Source: Selaginella moellendorffii
Lineage: Eukaryota > Plantae > Lycopodiophyta
DNA length: 64,000 nucleotides
Direction: 5' to 3'
NCBI RefSeq assembly: GCF_000143415.4
Contig: NW_003314394.1
Coordinates: 186,042 to 250,041, forward strand
The notes below the pieces were generated by a model. It did not search any database. It was given only the letters and a program-made list of their open reading frames with translations, and had not been told where the DNA came from. Positions 24,438 through 34,805 of the stretch are shown here, piece by piece. Within the stretch, counting starts at the first letter, position 1; every line of letters starts with the position of its first letter. Both the position numbers and the translations under genes were made by a program.

Positions 24438-27400
24438 TCATTGCAGGTGTTCCTGGCAGACCCAGATGCCCTTCTCCTTGTTGCGGAAGAGACCAAAGTC
24501 GGCAGCAAATCTCAGTTTCTGCTCTCCGAGAAAGTACTTGTAAAACACTTGCAGCTCCTCGAGCGTGGGGATTCTCTTGTGTAGTGGGTTCTCATGCGTC
24601 GGAGACTCATCCAAACGTTTGTCTATGGCTCCAAATAGCTTACCCACGACCTCCTTGAATACGTCGTCTTTAACGCTCTTGGGCAGCGATGGCAAAGGTA
24701 CCCCAAGTGTAGACACCAATGCAAGTTTTCCCGCGAAGAATAAGATCTTGAGGGCAGGAATCAGCACGGGAGCAGCCTTTGTCCACCACTCGGGATCGAC
24801 TCTGATGGGAAATCCCTTTTGATCTTCCACCGGATGGCAGCCACCGTACTCGCACAGGAAATGCAGCTTCCAACTGGAACCAAAAGCCGAGGATGAAAAC
24901 CGCTGCAAGATATTCTTGTTGTCGACGAAGTATGGATACTTGGGTTCCTTTGAGTCCCACTGCAACGCCAGCTTGGACATGATCCTATCACTCTGCAGCT
25001 GGACTGATGCCAGTTTCTGCAACACCCTCTCCTCCAGCTTGGAGATTCGAGAAATGACCCGGTCGGCCTCTTTGGTGACATGATTCTTGATGTGCCTCTC
25101 CAGAATTTTGATCTGCGCCTGCAGAATTTTGACTGCATCCTGAAGTGTGATGTCCTCCGACTTATCAATGCAAGCACTCGTTGTCTCCAAATCTTCAGCT
25201 TCTACACACTCCTGCACCTCGTCTTTGATGGCGTCCAGGAGGTCTACACGAGTTGCAAAGTATCGCTCCCGCTCTTCCGGCAACACCATCTTCAGCACCT
25301 GACTGTATTCGAACTTCCAATGATCTTCCGAAGGCCATGCATACTTGTAGAGCAAGTTCTTCTCCAGGACCTCGGCAAGCGGAACCACTTGAACTGGAGG
25401 CGAGCTCGTGAACTCCAAGTTCAAGAGCTTCACGCACTCTGGCTTGATGATCTTCTCTTCCAGCTCAATGGCCGGGCAGCCCCAGTTGTACGCACCACAT
25501 ATCTCACTGATGCATTTCTTAATTTTGATGAAGAGCCTTCCTGCCTCGTCAAGATTTGACTCCTCAGGTATGCAAGCTAGCACGTCGATCCAATGCCGGT
25601 CGTTCCAATGACCCCTCTGGCCTCCAACTTTGACGATCATCTCAATGTTGTTCTCACCCAGGTGCCACCAGCCTTGCCCCACAGTGTAGGCGGATGATAA
25701 GCTCGCAAGCCTGACCTGTAGCATTGTAAATATACCTGTTGGCAGCAGCATCTTCTCTGAATCCTTGCATTCGAGCCTCCTCCCCCAGAAAGTGGTGGTG
25801 TCGTCATCCCCAGCCATCGAACCGGCTGGTAAATTTGACCACGATTGGATTCTCTCGGTTAGGAGTGACAGGACAATGGCTCGTTTAGTTTTCTGATCCA
25901 ATAGCAACACTCCTAGCCTGTTCAGCGAGGTGATAATATAGGGAAGATCGTCCGGTGTGCAGCCTTTCTTTGGAAGCATGTCTTCGACCTGGATTATCGG
26001 CATCCAAGTGGGAGGAGGCTGCTCCGCTGGCAGGTTGTCGATCGTCCTATTCTGGCGAGGTAAGAAAACTCCGATAATATCTCGAACAAACCACTGAACA
26101 TCGAGAATGAGAAAAACCTGGTCTTCATCGTCCACCTCCTGATCAAAATAGATCACCTCCCCCATATCATGCAGATGGCTCACTGCGACTTTGAATAGTC
26201 GATGGTCCTGAATGCCCAACTTGCTCCTGAAGTGCTTCATGCGTATAAGCTTTTCTTGTTGAAACTTCTTTGCTTTGGCTAGAATGACAGCTTGACAGAT
26301 CTCAGGTACCTTCGGTCTACTTGTTAGCAGCTCATCCAGTTTGAGCTTTAGGTGCTCTTTCAAAACTTTCACGCTCTTGACCTTAGTGGCCACCAAACCG
26401 AAGAGGCTGTTTTCAGCATGCCCAAAGTCGATCACACTTGAGTACTGCCGTACCATTTCTTTGCATCTTGACTTTGCCAGGTCTGACATCGTCCAACCGT
26501 CTTGTGGCAGGATACTGTCCTCAAAATAGTTCAGCACAATCAGAACTTTTGGTTTGTGCTTGGTCAAGGTTCTATGTGACACTATGAACCTTAACCAGTA
26601 TTGAAGTTGGTCTTCCCACGTTCGAATATCTTCCTTACCAGGAGCCTTGGAGACGATTAGAAAGAGGTCCTTGTCGCTCCCTCTGATGAAATAGTGGTGG
26701 AAAGCATGGAATTCCGGTTGACCAGCCAAGTCACACATTAGCAGGGTCTTCTTATCAAATTCAATCTTTTCCATATCAATCCCGTAGGTGGATAGATGGC
26801 GCTGCAACTTGGGAAGGATACCTTTTTGTCTGGAGAGATTTTTCCGTATTGTAGTCTTCCCGACTCCAGAATTTCCACAGATGAAAAGCTTGGCCATGGT
26901 TGGTTCCACCCGCTTTTGGGCTGCAAGGCCCTCAATACGATATAACTTGTTGCGCTCCATGATCTGTGAGCAGTACGTAGCCATAATATCGCTGTCCCAA
27001 TTCGTTCTAAATGTCTCCAGGGGGCAATTAAAATTCTCGTTGAGGTGCTCAACAATCTGTGCCAGGCCATCCAGCTTACCAATATCAAGGCGTTGAATTT
27101 TGCAACTAGGTAACAACTCCAGGAGCAATTGACCTTTACAGCTTAGAAAGCTTTTATCTCGGATGTTTTCTGGCTCGTATTCAATATCAAAGACGAGACT
27201 GCGGAGGCTTGAGGTTAAAAGCTCACCCATGACAGATAGCAGCTTCTCTTCCTCGTTCATGAAACCAGAATAACCTGAATGCACTTCTAGTGAGTTGAGA
27301 ACCACCGAGTCCTTGCATAGCTTCCCAAGTTCTCCAATGAAACCAGTGCTCTGTACCCCTCTGAGCATCAAATGGTGCAGCTTGCAATGCTTACTTCTCA

Positions 27401-28082
27401 AACCTGTCATAAACTCGCTGGCACTCTTGTCAAAGGCAATGAGCTTCTGCTGGTACACATCCAAACCGAGGTCAACCAGCTTACAATCTGGGCTTTGAAG
27501 TGTGCGGCCCAAATGCGACAAGATCTGAGAGTTAAGGGTGCGGCGATAGAGCCTGAGCCTCCAAATGTTGCACGCAGGATTGACGAGCCGTTGGACGAGC
27601 AGTTGTAGAGCCTGCTCTTCATGGATATTACCGTCCACTGTCAGCTCCAAGCTCTCCAGGGAAGGAACCGATGTCAAAGCCGAACAGAGGCGCTCATTTA
27701 GACCATTTTGTGGAAATTTGATGGATAAGTGCCGCCAGGAGCAAGATGGAGCCTGGAGAGCACAAATCAGACCTTCTAACGTAGAATTCTGGTCGACTTC
27801 TAGATCCAAGGATGCCAAACTGGTGAGACTTTGCAAGGACATGTCATCACAATAAGATGCTGAGAGGTGTTTCAGCTTCTTTCCTAAACGCTCTAGGATA
27901 GCCATCCGGTTCTCATCCAACTCAACCCTTCCAGGGACAGATACCCAAACATCACGATCCAAACCATTCAACTTATCAAGATCCTCAAACTCAAACTCTT
28001 TAAACTGGACATCAAACTCCAAGGATGACAAACCAGCAAAGATCCTATCTAGCTGCGCATTAGAAAGCTGCCTAATGGCCAT
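24438..28082 (-). CDS. TORNADO1-like LRR-Roc-COR (Roco) protein, single exon, 1214 aa
   Basis: N-terminal RI-like LRRs, then Roc GTPase motifs 'GNSGVGKTT', 'STYGID', 'DLAGQPEFHAFH', 'QLQYWLRFIVS', COR 'LHDMGEVIYFD...LILDVQWF', 'LPTGIFTMLQVRL', a coiled coil and a TRN1-type C-terminus 'LHFLCE..CHPVEDQKG'. Confidence 0.9.
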   Translation of the reverse strand: MAIRQLSNAQLDRIFAGLSSLEFDVQFKEFEFEDLDKLNGLDRDVWVSVPGRVELDENRMAILERLGKKLKHLSASYCDDMSLQSLTSLASLDLEVDQNSTLEGLICALQAPSCSWRHLSIKFPQNGLNERLCSALTSVPSLESLELTVDGNIHEEQALQLLVQRLVNPACNIWRLRLYRRTLNSQILSHLGRTLQSPDCKLVDLGLDVYQQKLIAFDKSASEFMTGLRSKHCKLHHLMLRGVQSTGFIGELGKLCKDSVVLNSLEVHSGYSGFMNEEEKLLSVMGELLTSSLRSLVFDIEYEPENIRDKSFLSCKGQLLLELLPSCKIQRLDIGKLDGLAQIVEHLNENFNCPLETFRTNWDSDIMATYCSQIMERNKLYRIEGLAAQKRVEPTMAKLFICGNSGVGKTTIRKNLSRQKGILPKLQRHLSTYGIDMEKIEFDKKTLLMCDLAGQPEFHAFHHYFIRGSDKDLFLIVSKAPGKEDIRTWEDQLQYWLRFIVSHRTLTKHKPKVLIVLNYFEDSILPQDGWTMSDLAKSRCKEMVRQYSSVIDFGHAENSLFGLVATKVKSVKVLKEHLKLKLDELLTSRPKVPEICQAVILAKAKKFQQEKLIRMKHFRSKLGIQDHRLFKVAVSHLHDMGEVIYFDQEVDDEDQVFLILDVQWFVRDIIGVFLPRQNRTIDNLPAEQPPPTWMPIIQVEDMLPKKGCTPDDLPYIITSLNRLGVLLLDQKTKRAIVLSLLTERIQSWSNLPAGSMAGDDDTTTFWGRRLECKDSEKMLLPTGIFTMLQVRLASLSSAYTVGQGWWHLGENNIEMIVKVGGQRGHWNDRHWIDVLACIPEESNLDEAGRLFIKIKKCISEICGAYNWGCPAIELEEKIIKPECVKLLNLEFTSSPPVQVVPLAEVLEKNLLYKYAWPSEDHWKFEYSQVLKMVLPEERERYFATRVDLLDAIKDEVQECVEAEDLETTSACIDKSEDITLQDAVKILQAQIKILERHIKNHVTKEADRVISRISKLEERVLQKLASVQLQSDRIMSKLALQWDSKEPKYPYFVDNKNILQRFSSSAFGSSWKLHFLCEYGGCHPVEDQKGFPIRVDPEWWTKAAPVLIPALKILFFAGKLALVSTLGVPLPSLPKSVKDDVFKEVVGKLFGAIDKRLDESPTHENPLHKRIPTLEELQVFYKYFLGEQKLRFAADFGLFRNKEKGIWVCQEHLQ

Positions 28083-28594
28083 AACTCGGAAACTCTCAAT
28101 GAAGCAAGTGCATAGCCAAGAAGAACTCTGTATGCTCGCTGCTAAGTACGAGTTGTGAGGAAGAATTAGTCAGTGGGAGGAGCCAGAAAACGTTACCTCT
28201 CACATGTAAGAGCCAGCTGGTGGAAACTTTCTTATTAGTATAATAACATCATCAATAATACTAAATGTATCCAATTGCAAGGTACACATCAAACACCGAG
28301 GCCTTTCGTAAGCCTCGTGGGTACTCTCCCCACGTTCGGCCTCTAGCCACACATAAACAGCATATAGATAAGCTCAACAAGTTCCATCCGAAGGAACAGG
28401 AAGCGTTGACGTGTAACTGCAAATGTAAGAGTACAAGTTTCACGTTTTACAACCTTAGCCAGTAAGAGTGTCCAGATCTCGGCCCAAGTTCCCCAACAAA
28501 AGCTTTGGAACCAATCATTCGTGCTCTTTTGTCTTGGATTCTCCATTAGTAACCGCTTTTGAGAAGACTATGGCTAAGTGGTCTTTCCTTGAAA

Positions 28595-30329
28595 TCATTC
28601 ACACAAGGAAGCGCCATTCCCTGGCCGGGTGCAAATTAGATAAGCAAGCTCTCCATGTCCTTCGTCTCTCTTTGGAGATTCTATAGGGCGCTCCAGGGAA
28701 CGAATATCTTCCAGTTTATCAATGCCTAAAGCCTCCAAAAGCTCTGTGCTACCAACAACGTAGCTGCAAACCACACAAACAAATGCCTTAGGACTACTAA
28801 TTGTGAGAAAGAAGAAATCGATCTGTCTTACCTTGATAGATTCATGCCTTCCGGTGGGGGAAACTCGTAGAGCAAACGATGCAGCAATGCTCCTCCAGAT
28901 TTCTGGGGAACAAAGATTACTGCATTTGGTCCAGCATCAAAAGTGTATGCTGCCTAGCAGTTCTCACACCAATCAACCACGAGTCACGAAGTCGAAATCG
29001 AAGTATACCTGAGGACTCCCTTCGGACTTGTTCCAGCGCTCCACGAGTCCAATGATCCTTCTGGAGGTATCGTTCATGTAGAAAATTGGTGGAGAGGTGT
29101 CGAGGCAAGTTGCATGGAACTGGTTGCTGTCCGCGCAAGTCAACTTGGCGAAGGAAGAGAAATCGCGTTTGGACAAAGCTTCTTCCATCTCAGTGATTCT
29201 CTTTGGCACTACTTCCTGTTTGGGAATATAAACTTACATATGCCAGGACGTCAAAAATCGAGAGAGAAAAAATCACCTTGGCTCGATAATGTAGGAGTGG
29301 ACTTGTCTGGACAGACTCTTGCATGCCCGATGTACTGCTCACTTCTTTCTGCCGCGAACTCACCTAGAAATAAAAATCACAATAGCTACACTCGAGAACT
29401 TTCCAAGCTTCATACTTACCACACAAATCACAATCCGAAGATCATCCCACTCGTGATGCTCTGCAAGCGGAACAGCAATGCTATCTTTTCCATCGGCCCT
29501 CTTTACAGCACACCAAAAAGCATGTTAGTATCAAAGTTTTTCAAGGAAAAAACAAGTACCTTTCCCATCTCCCACTTGACAAATCCTCCATGGAGACTGC
29601 GGCAGGCGCTACCGGAACCACGCCTGTAGCAGCAAAGGTTTGCTCCAAAACACTCCATTCAGTGAATGCTTTACCGAGCGATCGTTGAAAGCTCCCCTGG
29701 AAACGACTCCTTGATCCCCATAAGCTCAGCAACGGTAAACACTGTAGGGAAGAAAACAAAGAGTGTCAGTCAGGATATATCTCACAGAGATTTCTTTTTG
29801 CTTTTCTTCTTACCAAGACAAGCAAATCCAGCTGCTGATGAAGCTAATCCAGCAGCGGTAGGAAAGTTGTTTTTAGAAACGATGTGAAGCTTGAGATGTT
29901 TCCAATCCTCCTTTGTAATCACGATCCCAGTTTTCTCGTCTTTCACATCGGTGGCTCTATCACGAAGCTCTTTGAGGCAGCTCACGTATCTATGGCTCGA
30001 CAAAGAAACCTCCTGCGATAACAGAATGAAAGAAAATATGAAAGAATTTCGCGATCGAGAGAAAGAAAAAGGATGTGTCGATCTTGAGCAGCCTGGATCT
30101 GAAGGAAGCTCACCTTGTCATTGAGCCATAGCCTATCAGCATCGAAATCCGGGCTCGTAGAGACCGTGGTAGTCGCGGAGAGATCGTTCGGATCCAGCGT
30201 GACGCTGATGCTGGAATTCAGCGGGAGGATGAGATCCTCGTCGCGCTTACCCCAGTACTTGATCACCGCGATGTTGCTTGGAGCTCGCGCGGTTCGTGAC
30301 ACGATCCAGGCGCTCCCATCGGTCCCCAT
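28595..30329 (-). CDS. MVD: Diphosphomevalonate decarboxylase, 9 exons
   Basis: '[13 protein letters not shown]', '[15 protein letters not shown]', '[11 protein letters not shown]', '[17 protein letters not shown]', '[11 protein letters not shown]'. Spliced exons read through to the stop at 28595. Confidence 0.97.
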
Positions 30330-30435
30330 TTGCTAGGAATCGATTAGGGTTCTAGCGCATTTCCTTTTCTCTCCTTTACTTCCTTTTCAACGAAATCTAA
30401 AACCCTAGCCAAGATCTCTAGGGCAGAGCGGGGAA

Positions 30436-31615
30436 ATGGACGATCCCATAGATCGTGTGGAGATTTCCGGATCCACATTGGCCATGGCGCTGCGCGAGCT
30501 GGGATCACACACAGACACCGACGGGCTGCTCTTCGGGCGATTGCACACCAGATCCATCCAGAATTTCCAAGACGATGGTGATTCCCCTGCGGCGCCCAGC
30601 CGCCGCGAGGAGCACACGGCGATCATTACCGGCTGCTGCTGCTCAGGTACGCTCATGAGCTTCTACGATGCCGCCGGGGAGCTGGACGATCGGAAGCTGG
30701 AGCGCCTTGTCGGGAATCGCCAGAAGTGGGGCGGGGACGCGATCATTGGCTGGCTCCTCGGTCGCAGGAGCTCCTCAATGCGGCCATCGATGCGAGAGGC
30801 CGCCGTCACTGCGAACCTCAACGCCAGGAATCCAGCCTCTCCAGCTCCATCGCTCGATCGGGAGAAGAAAATACTAGACAACTCCAACTCCTCCATCGAT
30901 CTGGGCTTGCCTTACGCTACCTCCAGCAGGAGTAGCAGCATTAGCGACTCTTTCATCGATCGCCAGGAGGAAAAGCTGGGCGATGCTCCAGCATTGTTGC
31001 CGTGTTTGTTCCTCCTTCTCACGGAGACCACGGCAGAGAACTCGATCCAGACGCACGAGTACCGGGCATTCCAGTTCCAGCGCCAGACACGGCAGTTCCA
31101 TCCTCGGCTTTTGGTCGTGAGAAACGTTGGGAGAGCAGGGAGATCATCCGAGCAAGGTGGCTTGTATGGAAGCTTTGTTCCAGTGTCTCCGCTGCCTTGG
31201 TTCTCCACGAGCTTTGGGAGCTCTTCCACGAGCGGCGAGGAGGAAGAGGTTGATAGCTGGAGGAGTTCCTCCGGGACTGGTGGAAGGGGGGAGAGATCTT
31301 CTTCCTCGCTGCGGCAGCAGCAGCAGCAAGCGCTGCTCGGCATGTACGCCGAGGGATTCAGCATCGACCAGCTCCAAAACGTTTCCAGATGCGGTGGTAG
31401 CGTGCAGGAGATCGAGCTCCTCTACTCGAGAATGCTGGCCAAGATGCAAAAGATCGCCTACGAAGTTCGACAAAGCTCCGAGGCTGTCCAGGTACTTCAT
31501 CCATGCTTTTCTCTCGTTTCTCTTCATGATCAATGCGACTGATGAGTTTTTCGTGCTCTCGCAGGAAAAGATGACGAAGATTGCGAAGCTCAGAGCTTCT
31601 CAAGATCATTTGTGA
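30436..31615 (+). CDS. Abraxas/ABRO1 (FAM175)-like MPN-domain protein (At3g08780-like), 2 exons
   Basis: 'EISGSTLA.......DTDGLLFG', 'SFYDAAG', 'IIGW..GRR.SSMRPSMRE', 'IQTHEYRAFQF' and a C-terminal coiled coil. Intron at ~31492-31564. Confidence 0.85.
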
Positions 31616-32011
31616 CTACCGTCTCTTATATATTTACCCTCTTCGTTTCGTTATTTTTCTCGAGCAGGGTTTTTCAGGCTGCTCGCATGACGAGATTAAA
31701 TTTGTGTGAAGAAGAAAACAGTCGTTGGTTCACGTAAAAAGGTGGCGACCATTATTTAGGTGTCGAATCTAATTCCAACCCAACTTTTTCTGCTTTGACC
31801 ACAAAGTCAAGGTGGTAAAAAGAGACGCTGCCACACCTCAAATTGAAAGGGATTTTTCGATCGCTTTGGTAACTCAAAATACATTGATCGTTCGAAAGCT
31901 GAGATTAGCGTTCCTGTTTCAGATATTAGCACACTTCACAACTAGTATATAAACTTCGGCCCCCAAACCCAATTCCATCAACTTGACTCACAGCTCAAAA
32001 GCGAAAGAGAG

Positions 32012-33160
32012 ATGGCTTCTTCTACTTTCGCTGCTCTGGCAATCTTTGCTGTTTTGTTTGCTGCATTGCTCTCTCACTCCGCTGCAATCCGATCCCCGAA
32101 GCAGGACTCATTCTGCCCCACCGCAGTCTTCACCTTTGCAGATTCTCTCAGCGATGGCGGCAACCGCGACATCGAAGCCGGCGGCAAGACTCTCTCCGGC
32201 ATGTATCCCTACGGCGTCACCTACGGAAGGCCCACCGGACGCTACTCCGATGGTCTCGTCATCCCCGACTTCCTGATCCAGAAGCTCCACCTCGAGAACC
32301 TCGGCATCCCCAGCCTCGAGTTCAATGGCACCGAGTTCGTCAGCCTCAACTTCGGATACGCCGGAGCCACGGTGATCAAGGTCGAGAACCAGCCCTTCTC
32401 GAGCCCCCACATCTTCTCGGCCCAGGTTGACGACTTCGTGCGTCACCGCGACACGGTCGTGCGCGAATACGGCCGCGAGGATAGCGATCCATGGTACCAG
32501 AACGCGCTCTACATGGTCGAGATCGGAGGTGACGATATCAACTTCGGGCTGCCGCTGGGAGGCGGCTACGTGATCAATGTCACCATTCCGGCCGTGATCC
32601 AGGGCCTGGCTGATGGAATCCACAACTTGTACACACACGGAGCTCGCCGTGTCTTGCTCTACAACATGCCCCGCGCCGATTGCTCGCCAAACTATCTCCA
32701 GTCCTTCCTGCAGTACCCCGAGGGGATGTTCCACTACGACAAGGATGGTTGCATCGTCGAGATTGCCCAGATTATCTCCTACTTCAACGCACAACTCCAT
32801 GCTTTGGCGACGGACCTCACGGCAAAGTATCCCGATCTCACTGTCTACTACTTCGATTGGTTTGCCGCCAACACCTATGTTTTGGAGAACATGGACGAGT
32901 TTGGCTTCACGAACTCGCTCCAGTCGTGCTGCGGCGGCGGCGGCAAGTTTAACTGCAATGGAGATGGGCTTTGCGGGTGCGCTCCATTGAACCAGACCGA
33001 TGCTGTTTACACGGTGTGTAAGGATCCCAGCAAATACTTCACTTTTGATGGAATTCACTACACGGAGCACTTCTACAACATCATGTCCGACTTTATCATC
33101 GCCGGAGACTATATCTCACCCATGGTTAAGCTGGACAAGGGATGCAAGGTCATAGTCTAA
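32012..33160 (+). CDS. GDSL/SGNH esterase-lipase, intronless, secreted
   Basis: Signal peptide, 'FTFADSLSDGGN', 'PYG.T.GRPTGRYSDG', 'EIGGDD', 'CKDPSKYFTFDGIHYTE'. TATA-like 'tatataaa' at ~31947. Confidence 0.93.
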   Translation: MASSTFAALAIFAVLFAALLSHSAAIRSPKQDSFCPTAVFTFADSLSDGGNRDIEAGGKTLSGMYPYGVTYGRPTGRYSDGLVIPDFLIQKLHLENLGIPSLEFNGTEFVSLNFGYAGATVIKVENQPFSSPHIFSAQVDDFVRHRDTVVREYGREDSDPWYQNALYMVEIGGDDINFGLPLGGGYVINVTIPAVIQGLADGIHNLYTHGARRVLLYNMPRADCSPNYLQSFLQYPEGMFHYDKDGCIVEIAQIISYFNAQLHALATDLTAKYPDLTVYYFDWFAANTYVLENMDEFGFTNSLQSCCGGGGKFNCNGDGLCGCAPLNQTDAVYTVCKDPSKYFTFDGIHYTEHFYNIMSDFIIAGDYISPMVKLDKGCKVIV

Positions 33161-33268
33161 CTATGGGTGATTTGTCATTTCTTTGCTCACAACCACACAA
33201 CCACAAACACCTCATATAAAGCAATGTAACCACTAATCACTAATCACTAATCAGTTTTTTTACTTTGG

Positions 33269-33408
33269 TTATCATTGTGGAGACTATATCTCGCCTATAT
33301 CTTGTCTATAGCTGGACAAAGGATGCAAGGTCATAGTCTAACGTGATTGTATTGTCATAGTGTGCTAGCACAAGCATCTCACAACCACAAACACCTCATA
33401 ACTAATCA
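33269..33408 (+). repeat. Local tandem duplication of the GDSL 3' end and 3' UTR
   Basis: 'ggagactatatctc...gctggacaa.ggatgcaaggtcatagtctaac...ctcacaaccacaaacacctcata' repeats ~33093-33250. Confidence 0.85.
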
Positions 33409-33564
33409 ATTTTCTATACACAACTAGATTGAAAACCCACGTTTTTATTCTCTGGGTTTATATCAACGGCTGGGATCACAGATTTGGACGGCTGAGATGT
33501 GATTTTTCAAAAGCGCATATGCTCTTTTATTCTTTAGGTTGGATTTGAAGCTAAGGCTTTGGCT

Positions 33565-34639
33565 ATGGCGACGCCGCCGATGGCGAGCTTGTGTGGCTGC
33601 CACGCCTCGATTAGGGTGAGTGAAAATCCCTGTTCCGTTCAGCTGTGGGAGCGCATTTGTGATACCGGTGCTGCATTGTTCTTCAGGATCGAAGTGGCGG
33701 CGGACTCTTGCTGCGGTCGAATTTCACACAATCTTTCAGGTTCTCGGCTTCCAGTTCCGTGCCCGCGCAAACACAGAAGAGGAAGCGGTGCATTGTCACG
33801 GCCAAGAATGATCCATTCGTCGAGCCACCAGCGGTTCTAGGTGAGCCGAAAGCTTAGCAGTTTATGTTGTTTTCTTAGAACAAGAAACTCTTTGTGCTTG
33901 TTTCGACTCTCAAGTTTGTTTGCTACTTTTTTTCCTTCCAGATCGCTTTCGCCTCCACAACCTGGCTCCACAACCCGGATCCAGGCACAAGAACAAACGA
34001 AAGGGACGAGGACACTCAGCCGGACAAGGTGGAAGCTGTGGCTTTGGTATGCGAGGACAGAAATCGCGAGCGGGGCCTAAAGTAAGGCCGGGATTCGAAG
34101 GAGGCCAAATGCCTCTCTATCGCCGTCTACCAAAGTTGAAAGGAATCGCTGGAGGTAAAGCTTCTTCCATCGATCAGTCTAGTAGTTATTCTCGAGTTTC
34201 TACTCCTTCCACCTTACAGGCATGCGTGCTGGTGTTCCAAAGTACGTTGCCGTCAACATAAGAGACATTGCCACGCATTTTAACGATGGCGAGGAAGTGT
34301 CACTGGAAACTCTCACGAGCAAACGTATCATCAATCCCTCCGGAAAGGAGAAAAAGCTTCCACTAAAGGTATAGGCATAGACAGTTTCACTACTATACAT
34401 CGTTGTTTCCACAGGTTTTGGGAGATCTCGGCGATCTCCAGGACTCGAGCATAAAGAAACTGTCGATCAAAGCTAGATCATTCTCAGCGTCCGCCAAAGT
34501 GAAGCTCGAGGCAGCCGGATGCACGCTGATCACACTTCCCGGCAGGAAGAAGTGGGTCAGCGCTTCAGTGTCCAAGAACATCAAGCGAGCGGAAGAATAC
34601 TTTGCGAAGAAAAAAGGCCTTGTAACTTCTGAGACGTAA
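33565..34639 (+). CDS. RPL15: Plastid 50S ribosomal protein L15, multi-exon
   Basis: Transit peptide, then '[36 protein letters not shown]....[23 protein letters not shown]' and 'FSASAK.KLEAAGC'. Confidence 0.95.
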
Positions 34640-34805
34640 GATGATGTAAGTTAGCGTGCCAAGGCACGATTTTTACGTATCCTCTCTGTCATGCTTGCGT
34701 ATCTTTCCTGTTTTAAATATCTTGTAACGACTTTCAACTTTATTTTATAAAACAGATTTTTGGATTGTGTTGCTTTCAATCATGGTGACATTGGTGTTGC
34801 AAAAT

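Noticed and set aside
28890-28925. Apparent frameshift in MVD exon 8
   Set aside because: On rereading, the frame is intact ([24 protein letters not shown]).
32108-33070. 320-aa antisense ORF, and similar long antisense ORFs over PIRL, PPR and GH1
   Set aside because: These are shadow ORFs from GC-rich codon usage on the coding strand, with no motifs.
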